Source: Azolla caroliniana
Lineage: Eukaryota; Plantae; Polypodiophyta
DNA length: 64,000 nucleotides
Direction: 5' to 3'
Assembly: GCA_043228905.1 (NCBI GenBank)
Contig: JBHGNT010000001.1
Coordinates: 32,922,001 to 32,986,000 of the forward strand
Shown in pieces: positions 39,610 to 51,827 of the stretch. The first letter of the stretch is position 1, and each line of letters starts with the position of its first letter. A program made the translations under genes and the position numbers. Below the pieces are notes generated by a model, which did no database searches, was not told the origin of the DNA, and saw nothing but the letters and a program-made list of their open reading frames with translations.

Positions 39610-42417
39610 ATGCCAGTATTGTCTTCTGTAGAGGACTTAGTGTCCATCTTGCAAAGATGCATGAAAGAGGGGAATTTATATCCTACTCGGTGTTTGCATG
39701 GCTACATGAAAAAATGTGGTTCAATAGTTCATAAGTTACTTGGGAGCTATCTCGTTGCAATGTTTCTCGAAAATGGAAGAGTGGATGATGCCCATGAAAT
39801 CCTTAACAGATTGGAATATCAATATCGCCATTCTTGGAATGCACTCATTATTTGTTGTATCCATCGCAGGAACTTTCAGCTAGCATTCACTCTGTATGAG
39901 AAACTGGAATTGATTGATTCATTACATCTTAATGGACATGATTTCGTGGCTGTAATAAAGGCCTGTACAGATTTAAAAGACCCAGAAATAGCACTTCAAT
40001 TACATGCTGAGGTAGCTAGGATAGGCTGTTTTGAACAAAACATTTTTGTAGGTACAGCATTGATCACTATGTATGCCAAATGTGGATCACTTGTGAATGC
40101 ACAAGAAGTATTCAACATGCATCAAAACCAAGATATATCTTCTTGGAATGCACTCATTTCAGGGTATGTGGCATTTGGAGATGGTAAGCAGGTACTAAAT
40201 TGTTTTGAAAACATGCAAATGAGAGGCGTCTTACCAAATTCTATAACTTTTGTTTGCATGTTGAAAGTTTGTGGCATTGTACAAGCCATAGGCAAGGGCC
40301 ATGAAATACATACTAGAATTGCCCTTGCTTATTTGGATGAAAATCCTTTTCTTGGAAATGCTTTGGTTGATATGTATGCTAAGTGTGGTTTCTTAGCAAA
40401 AGCACAACAAATATTTGATATTCTTCCAGTCCATGACACAATTTCATGGAATGTATTGATTACAGCATATGCTAGACATGGTTTACTTGTAAAAGCACAA
40501 GAACTATTTGATAAACTCTTAGCTCGTGATATAGTTTCATGGAATGCATTAATAGCAGGATATGCTGAAAATGGCAATGCCAGGGAAGCTTTGAAGTGCT
40601 ACGACCAAATGTTGCAAGATGGCATTTCACCAAATTCTTCTACTTTTATTTCCACTCTAAAAGCTTGTGGTAGCATAGGAGCAGAAGATGATGGTAGAAA
40701 AATACATAATGAGATAATAAAAAGAAAACTTGTAGGAAAAGACCTCATGGTTAGGAGAAGCTTGATAGATATGTATGCAAAATGTGGTGCTTTTTCTAAG
40801 GCATATGAAGTATACAAGATGCTTCCATCACAAGATACAGTTTCACTGACAGCATTAGTTGCAGGATATGCAAAACATGGTTTATTTGCAGAAGCTCACA
40901 AAATATTCAACGAACTGCAGGTTCAAGGGGTCATATCATGGAATGCACTCATTGCAGGGTATGTTGAATATGGATACGACAAAGAAGCAATTGAATGCTT
41001 TGATAAAATGCAGCAAGAGAATGTACCCCCAAATAATGTCACATTTGTTTGTGCCTTGAAAGCTTGTAGCAGCAGAGGAGCCATTGATAGAGGCCAAGAA
41101 ATATACGCTGAAATTGCTAGAAAAGGTTGGCTTGAAAAAGATATTTCTGTTGGCAATATATTGATCGATATGTATGCAAAAGGTAACTTCATTGCCAAAG
41201 CACGGGAAGTGTTAGAAGAACTACCACATCCAGATTTAGTTTCATGGAATGCACTGATGGCAGGATATGCTGAGCATGGTTATGTTGCCAAAGCAAAAGA
41301 AGTGTTTGATATGCTTAAGGTACGAGATGTGATCACATGGAATACTTTAATTGTGAGTTATGCCGAATATGGACAAGCTGAGAATGCTCTACATTATTTT
41401 GACAAGATGCACGTTGAGGGTGTTTTGCCAGATGTTGTAACATTTGCTACCAGCTTGAAAGCTTGCAGTTTTATAGGTGATTTAAACAAAGGTTATGAAA
41501 TACATAATCAGCTTATTAAAACGTCTTTGTTAAAAGATCTTTCAGTTTGTAATGCCTTGATTGACATGTATGCAAAATGTGATTCTCTTATGAAAGCACA
41601 AGAAGTGTTTAATAATCTTCCTTCAAGAAATGTGGTCTCGTGGAATACAATTATTGGAGGGTATGCTGAACATGAATACAATGAAGAAGCCCTAGAGTAT
41701 TTTGAGAAGATGCAAAGTGAGGGTGTTAGTGGAGATGTTGTCACGTTTATTTATTGCTTGAAAGCTTGTAGCAATATGGGAGCCTTAGACAGAGCTCTCA
41801 AGTTCCATGTGGAGATAGAGCGAAAGGGTTTCCTTGAAAAAGATGTTGGCAACACCTTAATTGATTTTTATGCTAAACATGGCATGTTTGCTGAAGCACA
41901 AAGTGTTTTTGAGCAACTTTCCACCCCAGATGTAGTATCTTGGAATGTCCTTATTTCAGGATATGCTCAGCAAGGAGAAATAATGAATGTTGGCAATATA
42001 TTTGACAAAATGGTAGAACATGGTATAAACCCAACCCTTGTGACCTTTGTTAACATACTGAAAGCATGTTCTCAGAAAGGGCTTTTTGATGAGGCGCAAA
42101 TATACTATGAAGCAATGAACAAAGTGTATGGAGTTCTGCCAACAGTGGAGCATCATAACTGTATGATTGATCTCCTTGGACGAGCAGGGCATTTAGATAA
42201 AGTTGTAACAATGATAAATAAGATTCAAGGCTATGGTAATCTTGTGATATGGCATGGCGTTTTAGATGCTTGTAGACAATGGGGAAACCTAGAGTTTGCA
42301 AAACAAGCATTTCAGCATGCATTGCAATTGGATAAAAAGGATGCTGCAGCATATATATTAATGTCCTACATCTATGCAAGTAATACTACCATCCCAGGTG
42401 AAGAAAAAAAAGATTGA
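39610..42417 (+). CDS. PLS-class pentatricopeptide repeat protein with truncated E domain and no DYW domain (organellar RNA-editing specificity factor-like), 935 aa, intronless
   Basis: Repeated P (VSWNALIAGY...), L (TFVCALKACS...) and S (GNALVDMYAKCG...) motifs. Ends with P2/L2/S2 (EHHNCMIDLLGRAG) and E (VIWHGVLDACRQWGN...AAAYILMSYIY), then stops. Confidence 0.96.
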   Translation: MPVLSSVEDLVSILQRCMKEGNLYPTRCLHGYMKKCGSIVHKLLGSYLVAMFLENGRVDDAHEILNRLEYQYRHSWNALIICCIHRRNFQLAFTLYEKLELIDSLHLNGHDFVAVIKACTDLKDPEIALQLHAEVARIGCFEQNIFVGTALITMYAKCGSLVNAQEVFNMHQNQDISSWNALISGYVAFGDGKQVLNCFENMQMRGVLPNSITFVCMLKVCGIVQAIGKGHEIHTRIALAYLDENPFLGNALVDMYAKCGFLAKAQQIFDILPVHDTISWNVLITAYARHGLLVKAQELFDKLLARDIVSWNALIAGYAENGNAREALKCYDQMLQDGISPNSSTFISTLKACGSIGAEDDGRKIHNEIIKRKLVGKDLMVRRSLIDMYAKCGAFSKAYEVYKMLPSQDTVSLTALVAGYAKHGLFAEAHKIFNELQVQGVISWNALIAGYVEYGYDKEAIECFDKMQQENVPPNNVTFVCALKACSSRGAIDRGQEIYAEIARKGWLEKDISVGNILIDMYAKGNFIAKAREVLEELPHPDLVSWNALMAGYAEHGYVAKAKEVFDMLKVRDVITWNTLIVSYAEYGQAENALHYFDKMHVEGVLPDVVTFATSLKACSFIGDLNKGYEIHNQLIKTSLLKDLSVCNALIDMYAKCDSLMKAQEVFNNLPSRNVVSWNTIIGGYAEHEYNEEALEYFEKMQSEGVSGDVVTFIYCLKACSNMGALDRALKFHVEIERKGFLEKDVGNTLIDFYAKHGMFAEAQSVFEQLSTPDVVSWNVLISGYAQQGEIMNVGNIFDKMVEHGINPTLVTFVNILKACSQKGLFDEAQIYYEAMNKVYGVLPTVEHHNCMIDLLGRAGHLDKVVTMINKIQGYGNLVIWHGVLDACRQWGNLEFAKQAFQHALQLDKKDAAAYILMSYIYASNTTIPGEEKKD

Positions 42418-45400
42418 AAGACAAGCTTGTATGCAAGTATATAGTCCAAACTCTAAAAATTCGACGTCATACTTGAGGAGATTGAAGCCTGTTGAGAGAT
42501 AAATTTTATTTCAATGAGCATACATCTCCATCATTGTTCAGCTTTGCCCTGGGCCTCCATTCAGGTCATACAGAGAAAACAATGAAATTATTTTGCCCCC
42601 CATGACTGCATGAGCTTATACTACTCTTTTTCAGACCTGCAAGAGGAATGAAATGACTCAACCTCCATTGATGATGGTTGTTTCCGGGAGGGAACTCTGT
42701 GCAGGAGGAAGATTTAAAGAATCCGTCACATTTTGTATATAGACACCTGCATTGCCATCGATGCTATGTTCAAGATTCAATTGCAGATTGCTATTGTCAA
42801 TTGAACTATAGGTCAGATTAGTATGTTTAATATATCTGGGATGCAGAGACTCCTGATTATGATTAAGCTGGAACTCATCAGAATGTTGCAGAGAATGACG
42901 GACATGTTGATGGCGACATGGCGAACCTGTTGTGACCCCTTTGTTTGTTCACTTGTATAGCCCTTGATTGACTTGTAGGCATAAATACAAATGATTGGAC
43001 AAATATGTTATATCCACGTTCCAAGTTTTGTGAAGGGACCAATGAGGAACAGTACATGGTGAGTTTCAAATAAGTATGCAATGCGGTAACCAGTTAGCTC
43101 AACACCTAGACATCGGTCATGTTGACCTCTTGAAGTGCATAGAGTTTGGCCTCATCTTGGATGGCCCAAATCTTCATAATGGTGTTATCAATTACTGATC
43201 GATCCATTTGAATGCATGCTTGTGCTGAGTTTAGATGCATGTCTGGTAGGAAGATATCTTTATAGGAGGCTCTACTTTTACATGGAAAATCAACTTCCCC
43301 ACGAGATGTTGCCATAGTTTTCCACCTGGTTTGAGCAATTATTGTGCCACTATGAGTCAAAAATTAGTGAGTCTTTGAGTACCGTGTGGACCAAGACATG
43401 GATCTTGGATCATAACTAATGATTGAATCCCTTCAATATGCGTGGTCTCACCTCAAGCCTTTCCTCAGCTTGAGACAACGTTTTTTACCATACCATGTGA
43501 TACATTACGTGCCTGGACATTGGTGCAACCTCATTGGATAGCACACTCTTATTCTTTTTTATCAATTTGCCTCTCATAGAGGAGGCTAACACAAAGTATA
43601 GAAACCCCATGTTGCGACCATCAAGTCAATTGACAACACGTTTAGGGGACATCATACCACAAAGACCAGCAATGAGATCCATCTCCTTTGTTGCAACACA
43701 CGATACCACTTGAAAAGAGAGCTATGTTGAGGTTCTCTTCTTTTTCATGTAATGAGAAAGGTGGGTTATTCCGTCCTAAGCTAAAATATGTCATTCCAAC
43801 CCATGACTATCTTCAAACACAATCAATTGGCAATAATGACATTGTGTGGAGTCACGAGGGAGAGAATCTTGTTTGGAACTCATCACTTTGCCAGTGACAT
43901 TGAGTAGTTGGTGGTTGATCAAAATACTTCATAGCAAAACACCCCATACCTCACCGAAAACTATGAAGAGGAGTTGGAGCAACTCTTAAGGCATCCATTT
44001 GCCAAATTGATTAGAACCCCCCCTACTCTCAAAGCACATGAAACCACCATCAATAACCAAGGTGCCACTTAACCAAGCTCATGAACACCAACACACTCCA
44101 ATATACAAGCCACAAAGACACAATGTGATGGGTAATACAAACATAAACTTTAGATGACAGCTTGTAAAGGCCCATATTAGGTATTTTTTGGTGAGAATGG
44201 TATCACAATTATATTGTAGTTAACTTCATTGTCATTTCTCGTAGATATTGTGTAATGCACATGGAAGATAACAAATATTCTCTTAAGCAACTCCTAGATG
44301 ATATGAATGGAGCAATTTTACCTTATGGCATATAATCAAAGCTTTGACTATGTGATGTATACTACCGTTCATTATTTGTTTTTAAATAAATAAATAAATA
44401 AATATATAAATAGTTTGTATGCGGATTTTCCTTTACGAAAAAGGAAGGTAACATAATTATATGCATTTGAATGATAATCCAATCATGATTGATCAAATTC
44501 TTTAGTTTTGGGCATCACTTGATTTTATTGTCGTGATTGCAAGTTGCGGCAACATTTTGTTTCTCATGCAGAAGATCAATACCTATGTCCTATCTCTCTT
44601 TAGAATTATTGCGCCCACTCATTCTCCACATGACCGCGAAAGAAATCCATTGAATAAATAAATAACATAGAGAAATATTTTAGAGATCATAATCCATCTA
44701 CTTAAAGAGGTATATATAGTAGGTCAAATTACTTAAATTTGTAATAAGCTAAAGTGCTCAAAATACATATACATATACATACATACGTGTAACATTATAT
44801 GTATGTAAGTCAATAGACCAAATCAATACAATAAATAGATAAATAAATAATAAATATCGTGTTAAAATTTATTGCGTAAAGATTCAGCAAATTAATTGGC
44901 GAAAAGAAGAAGCAGAAGTAAAAGCTTTAAAATTAAATGATGGTGACGGGCCTGCCATTGGCGGGAAACCCAGAATTCGAATAGTTTAAAGCACAATGCC
45001 CAGAGCTACCGGTTAGGAACCGGCAATCGTAGGTCGTCATGTCCTCACAGCCAGACAGAAAACTGTGTTTTTTTTCCTTCACTGTCAAGCTTTTGCAGGT
45101 CTGTCGGGCTATGGCGATCCCTTCATAATTCCCTCTCTCTTACCTTTATTTGTCATCATCACCACCACCATCACCATCTTCTTCTTCTCTTGGCTTTTGT
45201 TCTTTCTGTCTTACTCTTGCTTCTCCTCCAATTCAATTAGGGTTTGGTCTTCCTACTTTCCTTCGTCTTTCCTCCCATTCGACAATTAAGGTTTATTCTT
45301 GTTCTTCGTTCAAATTAATATCTTCTTCTTTCCCCCACCTTAAATTAGGGTTTCTACTTTGTTATTCTTCTTATTACCTTTCCGTAGGCAAATTATTCTT

Positions 45401-46153
45401 AGTTATAGCTACTCACCCATCTAGTTATATTAACTCGATCTTCCTCATATGACCTAACTTAAGATGCGGAAATGCTAGATACAATTATCCACATGAGAAT
45501 CCAGCTAATTACAGTATATTGTTGTTTAATGAAAAAATGAATTAACTACCTTGTCGCTGAGCTTCTGCCGTCGCTGCGTTTCAATCGTGTTCCTCTGAAT
45601 CGGCAAATTGCATATTTTTGTATCAGCTGTAATTCCTGCGTTTTTCTCGCTCCTCGATAATTCTAAACAGGTAATATTCTAACCTCTGAGCTGCTGTCGA
45701 TCAATATATAAAATTCAGCCTAATTTTATGTTTCCATTCGAATCACGCTTTTGCATCTATAGATCTTAAACCAGGATTTTGAAACAAATGGGCAACTAAC
45801 TAGTCATGCTAATTTCTGCATTATTATCAGAATCAAACATTTTTAACTGCCAATCAGTTTCTCTGAAATATTGTACTGCAGAAATGAATTTCGTTCTAAG
45901 ACGAAAAGAACCTTATAAATTGTATGTGGGAATTGACCTGGACATGCTTAGGTGAGCGTAGAAGAAATTCGAAAAAGAAAACACATCATCGCACTGATCA
46001 GCTTAAACACATCAATTCTGTCCGTCTATATGGGAGTTTCCAGTAGTACCGAAATAGATCATCATTAGTTTCTTAATTATTTTCTGGACACGTCTTTTGG
46101 GAGAAGACAAATGTGCTTCGGTTATTAATTTGCAGTGCCAAGTGATGTCTCTT

Positions 46154-46198
<45 letters not shown>

Positions 46199-46460
46199 CT
46201 GTGTTCTGGCTGGCAGCATTTCACATACATTTTTTCCTGCACAGCTCACGTCTCTTTCTATATATATCTCTGTGTTCTTACTGGCAGTATTTTAGGTGTC
46301 ATCCTAAAATTGTTGTATGCTAGCCAAATTATTACCTTTTAGCTCTTATCTGTTTCTGCTGGTATTCCTTTCATCAATATATCTTTTTCTTCCTTTTTGG
46401 CTTTGCAGGTTTCGATTAACTAGGTTCTGCAGCTAACCAAGGAAGCAGCTAGGCGCAACC

Positions 46461-49400
46461 ATGACTGACAGTACCTTACTTTCAACGGAGTCTGAAGCGA
46501 CCAATGCCAAAGATGAACTAGTGAAGCAACACATAAAAATTGCTGAGGAAGCAATTGCAGGTACTGGGATTTTTCATAGAAATGACTTATAGGACATGCA
46601 ATTCTTCATGTATATATATCCGTAGAAATATAAATGAGAGATGGATTATGGTCTACATATAATTATTGATAGAAGTTTTGAACCATACTATACAGGATGG
46701 GAGAGAGCAGAAGCAGAATCTGCAGAGATGAAGGAGAAGTTAGAAACTTTAATGGAGCAGAAATTAGCCACTGAAGATCGAGTATCTCACCTTGATGGAG
46801 CTTTGAAAGAGTGTATGAAGCAGCTCAGACATGTCCGAGAAGAACAGGAACAGAAGATCCATGAAGCAGTGATGAAGAAAACTCATGAATGGGAGAAAGC
46901 GAGCTGCACAGATATGGAAACTAAGCTTCAAGACACAAGAAAGGAGCTCTTTGTGGCCATGGAAGAAAATCGAGCCTTATCAAAATCTCTGAAGGAATGT
47001 GAAGAAACTATAGCTGAACTCAAAGACGGTAAATTTAGCAGAATAATAGAGCTGGAAACAAAGCTTCGAGACTCAAGAAGCGAGGTCTCTAAGGCCATAG
47101 CAGAGAATAGGACCATGTCCAAGTCTCTGCTGGAATGTCAAGAAACCATGGCTAAGCTCAGAGATGGTAAAACTCGCCTAGAAGGTGAGAATAACAGGTT
47201 CAGAGTTCGCTTGGCTGCTCTAGAGAAAGAAAACATGAGGTTCAAATCTGATCTTCATATTCTTAGCAAGGATTTAGAGATGAGAATCAATGAAGATCGT
47301 GTAAACAAGAAAATTGTGCAGGAGAGCAGAAAGAAGATGGCAAATCTTGATGAAGAGTGTCAACATCTCAGAACTCTCCTTAACGCCAAGAGAAAAAACA
47401 CAGTTAATACGATGTCTATGAAACCTCAAGGCTTTGAAATGTCTTTAAGTACCGATAAGCTGAGCAGAAGACGTCATTCTCCTTGTAAGAGTTCCTCGTC
47501 CCTTTCTCTTAAGACAGATTCAGGCATATATGGTGATGCAGATTTATCATCCGAGGTAGAATTTGAATCTAATATAAAGGAAGAAACTAGGCTTTTCCAT
47601 GGCAGGTTTATGGCCATACAAACAGAAGACGATGAAGAAGCGAAATCATTGAAACAGATATTTGTAAAAAAGGATTTAAACCAGGTTTCCCTTGAAGTAG
47701 AGCATTTGGAAACTCGATCTGGCTCTCATTGCTCAACTAAATCAGAGACAAATCCACATACGATTCAAGCTAATGTTGCTTCTGTTTCTGATGAATTGAG
47801 ATGGTCAACTGCTAGTGCTCTTATTTCAGGAATGGGATCAGAGTTCAGAAAGGATAATAGCGGAACCTCTCTCTGTGAGAGTTTCCACACATCTCTAGTT
47901 AGCTTAGGCATGATGGATGACTTTGCAGAGATGGAGAAACTGGCATCTTTATCCGATACTCCTCAAGATATGGAATTTGAAGGTGAGAAGAAGCTTCACA
48001 GCCTAGGGAGAGAATCTTCTTCTTCTGAAGATAAAGTATTGGATTCCCTTGTCCAAGCGAAGTCAGACCATAGCCAAACAGGAAATGAAAAGGTTTCTGA
48101 GTTGGAGGTGCTTTGTAAACATCTTCAGAAGAAGCTTGAAGAAACTGAAGCTCAACTCTCTTCTTTGCAAGAAAAACAAGTGTCAAGTGATATCCCCATT
48201 GACCATCTTGAAGGGCTTATAACAATGAAGCAAGGAAACGGGAACAAAGCCATAGAGGTAGGTAGGCTTGCATTAATGGAAGATAAAAAAATTGATGCAG
48301 AGGTTAATAATTATGTAAATGGGCATGGCCATGGTGAGCTTCTTTACAGAGAGAGTGATTCAGGTGATGGTATGAATGTGTGGTCAATGACTAACTCTAT
48401 TTCGCAAATAGACCAACATAAGAGTTCGGATATGGGTTTCTATAATAACACAGGTGCAGCATTAACTTCAGCAGTGAGAAAAGTTCTTGAGATTGTAGAA
48501 AGCGTCGGCCAAACTGACTATAATTTTCCTTATTCTCAATGGGTTTCAGAGGGACATGATGATGATGATGATGGTGACAATGGTAGTCCTAAGAAACAAA
48601 GAAGCTCGAGTTTAAATGCATGTGTGGAAAGCATTATCAATCTATGCAATAGTCTTGTACAAGGGAAAGTAGATATTATTGATTTTATTGCAGAGGTTGC
48701 CTCTGCATTGGATTGGCTTGTTGGTCTCATATTCACTCCTCCAGAGAAGACACTTTCAAGAAACTCGACTCAGACACATGGTGGTAAGAGATATAGTGAT
48801 AATACTGAAGAGCAGGTATATCATAGTAGTGATTCTGACCTTACTAGTGCAGGCAATAGTCCTGTTCAAGAAATGCATAATGCAAGTTATCTAGAGAAGG
48901 AGTATAAAGCCATTGAATCACAATCACGGGATGTTGTAGCTCTTGACCATAGCTCGGTTTCAAATTTAAGCTTCCAATTTTCTGAGTCATCTGTTCAAGA
49001 GGATGATATTTCTAAGCTTTCCTGTGAACATGGATTTCTCAAGTTGAGTCTTGAGGCTGAATTGAAAAAGAACAACAGATATGAAGGTGAAATTTTGAGA
49101 TTGAAGCTTGTGAATGATCAAAACAAGCGTAACCATGAGATTACCATGGAGAAGCTTACAGATCTTTATTCACAAGTGAATGCAGCAAATCAAAAGGTTC
49201 ATGAACTAACTGATGAGCTCATGGAATCACAGAAATGCTCGGCTGAATTGAAAGCTCAGCTTTATGAATCTATTGACAGGAAACAAGTTATGGAGAACAG
49301 TGTTGAAGAGCTTGAGTATGAAAAAAATGCACTAGAGTCAGAGCTCTATAATGCCAAGGAAAATATTGAAGCTCTTCAGCGGAAGGTTGTGAACCTAGAG

Positions 49401-50848
49401 AAAGAACTTGATCAAGAGATGAGATGTCGTAAGGAAGCAGAGATGCAATACTTTGAACTGCAAAAGCTATATAAAGGGTGAGGCTATATACATTCCCACT
49501 CGGCTTCATCTTTATGATACGAAGAATTAGAGTCCCATTTGATTCAGTCTATTATTTTACTAGCATTAGGTTGAGATATGGATTTCGTGCTTGGAATGTC
49601 TGAATTCATTACTTAATAGTGCTATTGTGGTTGCATTTAGGGAAAGAAATGTATATGGAAAAAGCAATTTCGGATCTTCATCCGATGAGGAAGGAGAGAG
49701 ATTGAAGAAGGTAAGAATTGTTTATTCTATCCATCATGGAACATGAAGCTCTAGAATTTGAATATTATTTTTATATCTGCCATGAACACATCTTAATTAT
49801 GCCTTAATGCCTCTATCGTTGGCCTTATTGATCGCTTTATGGTAATCATATGTATTACAAGAGTATAATCGTAATTGAATACCTTACTGGAAATCATATC
49901 CCATTATCTCCATAAAAGTATCATTACAACTATACTGGAGGTCCGTAAGAAGGTCACTGTCTTTAAATGACATATTTGTATCTTATAGGTCATTGCAATC
50001 TCAAATTTCAAAACACAGTAACTACCTAGGCATGTTATATGTATTCCCCATATGACAAATGGTGTTTGTCCAGCATAATATTGATGTTAAATCCTCACTC
50101 ATATCTCTCTTTACCCAAAACATGTATTTGTCCAATATCATATTAATGTTAAAAACTTGTGCTTAACTCTTGCCCATCCTAATTATCTTTTTTTTTTCAG
50201 GAGCAAGAAATAGCTGCCGCAGCGGAAAAACTTTCAGAATGTCAGCAAACCATTCTCGATTTAGGAAAACAGCTCAAGGCGTTGGGTGTTTCAAAGAATA
50301 TATTGGATCTACCTATGCATACTTCATTACCTATTTTACCTCATCAGGAAACATCAAGTGATCAAGATACATCTTTGTATGAGATGAAAGGGAAGGGTGA
50401 TAATGATGATTTGAAAGAAGCTTCTTTATGCCAGAGTGGAAGAGAACAAAGACAAGATATCATGGTAATGAAGCCTTTAACAGCTCCTCGCTCTAGTGGA
50501 GTTCATGAAGAAGGGGATATTAGAAAAGGAAGACATGCCAATGGAAGACAAACACAATCTCTTGATACATACAACAATGACAACTATAGGGGTAATTTGA
50601 ATAGATTTCCGTCACCAACTCATGGTGATATCATTCAGGAAAGCCTGCAGAGCAAAACGAGTACTAGTTCTGATCTATCTCCAATGCGATCTCCTTCGAG
50701 GTTTTTGAGTTTGAGAAGCAAGTCTAGTGTTAATAGTCCCCTTGATCAATCATCGTATAAGTACCTCGAGAATAATGAGAATGGAGAGAAGCATGGCTCG
50801 TCGTCTGGGTTCAGTAGGTTCTTTGGTAGAACAAGAAGTGGCCACTAA
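46461..50848 (+). CDS. Filament-like plant protein (FPP/DUF869, VETH/TCS1 family), long coiled coil, about 1199 aa
   Basis: Exons 46461-46560, 46696-49477, 49641-49710, 50201-50848 (3600 nt, GT-AG). FPP motifs: [92 protein letters not shown], and C-terminal GFSRFF. Probable non-coding 5' exons lie from about 45050. Confidence 0.93.
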
Positions 50849-50961
50849 GTGAAAATGGAGATTGCTCCTCGAGAATAATGAGAATGGAGAGAAGCATGGC
50901 TCCTCGTCTGGGTTCAGTAGGTTCTTTGGTAGAACAAGAAGTGGCCACTAAGTGAAAATGG
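50764..50961. repeat. Tandem duplication (period 103 bp) spanning the FPP stop codon
   Basis: cctcgagaataatgag...ggccactaagtgaaaatgg at 50764-50858 and 50867-50961, one mismatch. Confidence 0.95.
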
Positions 50962-51827
50962 GGATCATGTGATTTATACATTTGTACAAAGAGATACATG
51001 ATGATGCCTTTGCAAAAACCTTAAACTATGGCTAGCGATAATTGGTGTTGACATATCCATCTGTCAACATGTTCCCTTTGCAGAGTTTCAATATAGCAAA
51101 TGAGGATTAGGGGATGGATATATTCTTATAAATGAATGATCAGTGAGCTTGAGCATAGAGTAGACAACCGGAGGAACGCAGATGTGGGCATATCGCTAGC
51201 TTATTGGATGTTCCTATCATTCAGCGATGTAAGCGTTTAGTAGTTGAGGGTGAATTGATCTGATATCTTTATGCACTCATGACTGTCAGTAAGACGGATG
51301 TATTTGGATTGGAGTTTTGAATATGAGAATTCTATGGAATTTTGATCCACAAGTGTCAGCCTTTCACATCAGCGTTTTGTTTCGTTTTTTCTTTATCTCT
51401 TGGTCTACCACGGCTGGGGGGAGTTCTCCCATGTCTACTCCTTGGACTTTTTGTTTTTGGTTTGTAAATAAGGGTTTAGGGTTCCATAGATATGCAGAAA
51501 CAAGAACTATCTAAAAGCTTTGGGTTGGCAGAATATTCGAGAAGATTAATGTATTTACCATCAGCAAAATGTTGAAAATGTTAAACTATGGTACATTATG
51601 TTATGCTTGCATCTTCCCCGCAGCCTATATGATGAGAAATAAGTCATGAATAAGCAAAAACCGGCAAACAATTGGTTTTACGTATGTTGATATGTATATA
51701 TGTATGTAGGGGATGAGTACGCAATGGACGATAACTATACAAGAGAAGCAACGTGAGTGTCGTGAGTGTTTTTGGGTATACATTTGAAAAAGGGGGAGGA
51801 TCTCATATCGATCACGTGTATATGGTC

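Noticed and set aside
42880-44100. Coding-like stretch after the PPR gene (possible DYW exon or TE)
   Set aside because: No HSE/CxxCH/DYW motif and no recognisable transposon domain in the frames I read; probably a decayed repeat, but unsupported.
46641-46695. ORF-track start MDYGLHIIIDRSFEPYYT of the 946-aa ORF
   Set aside because: Intronic. The conserved FPP motif AEEAIA-G-WE requires splicing 46560 to 46696.
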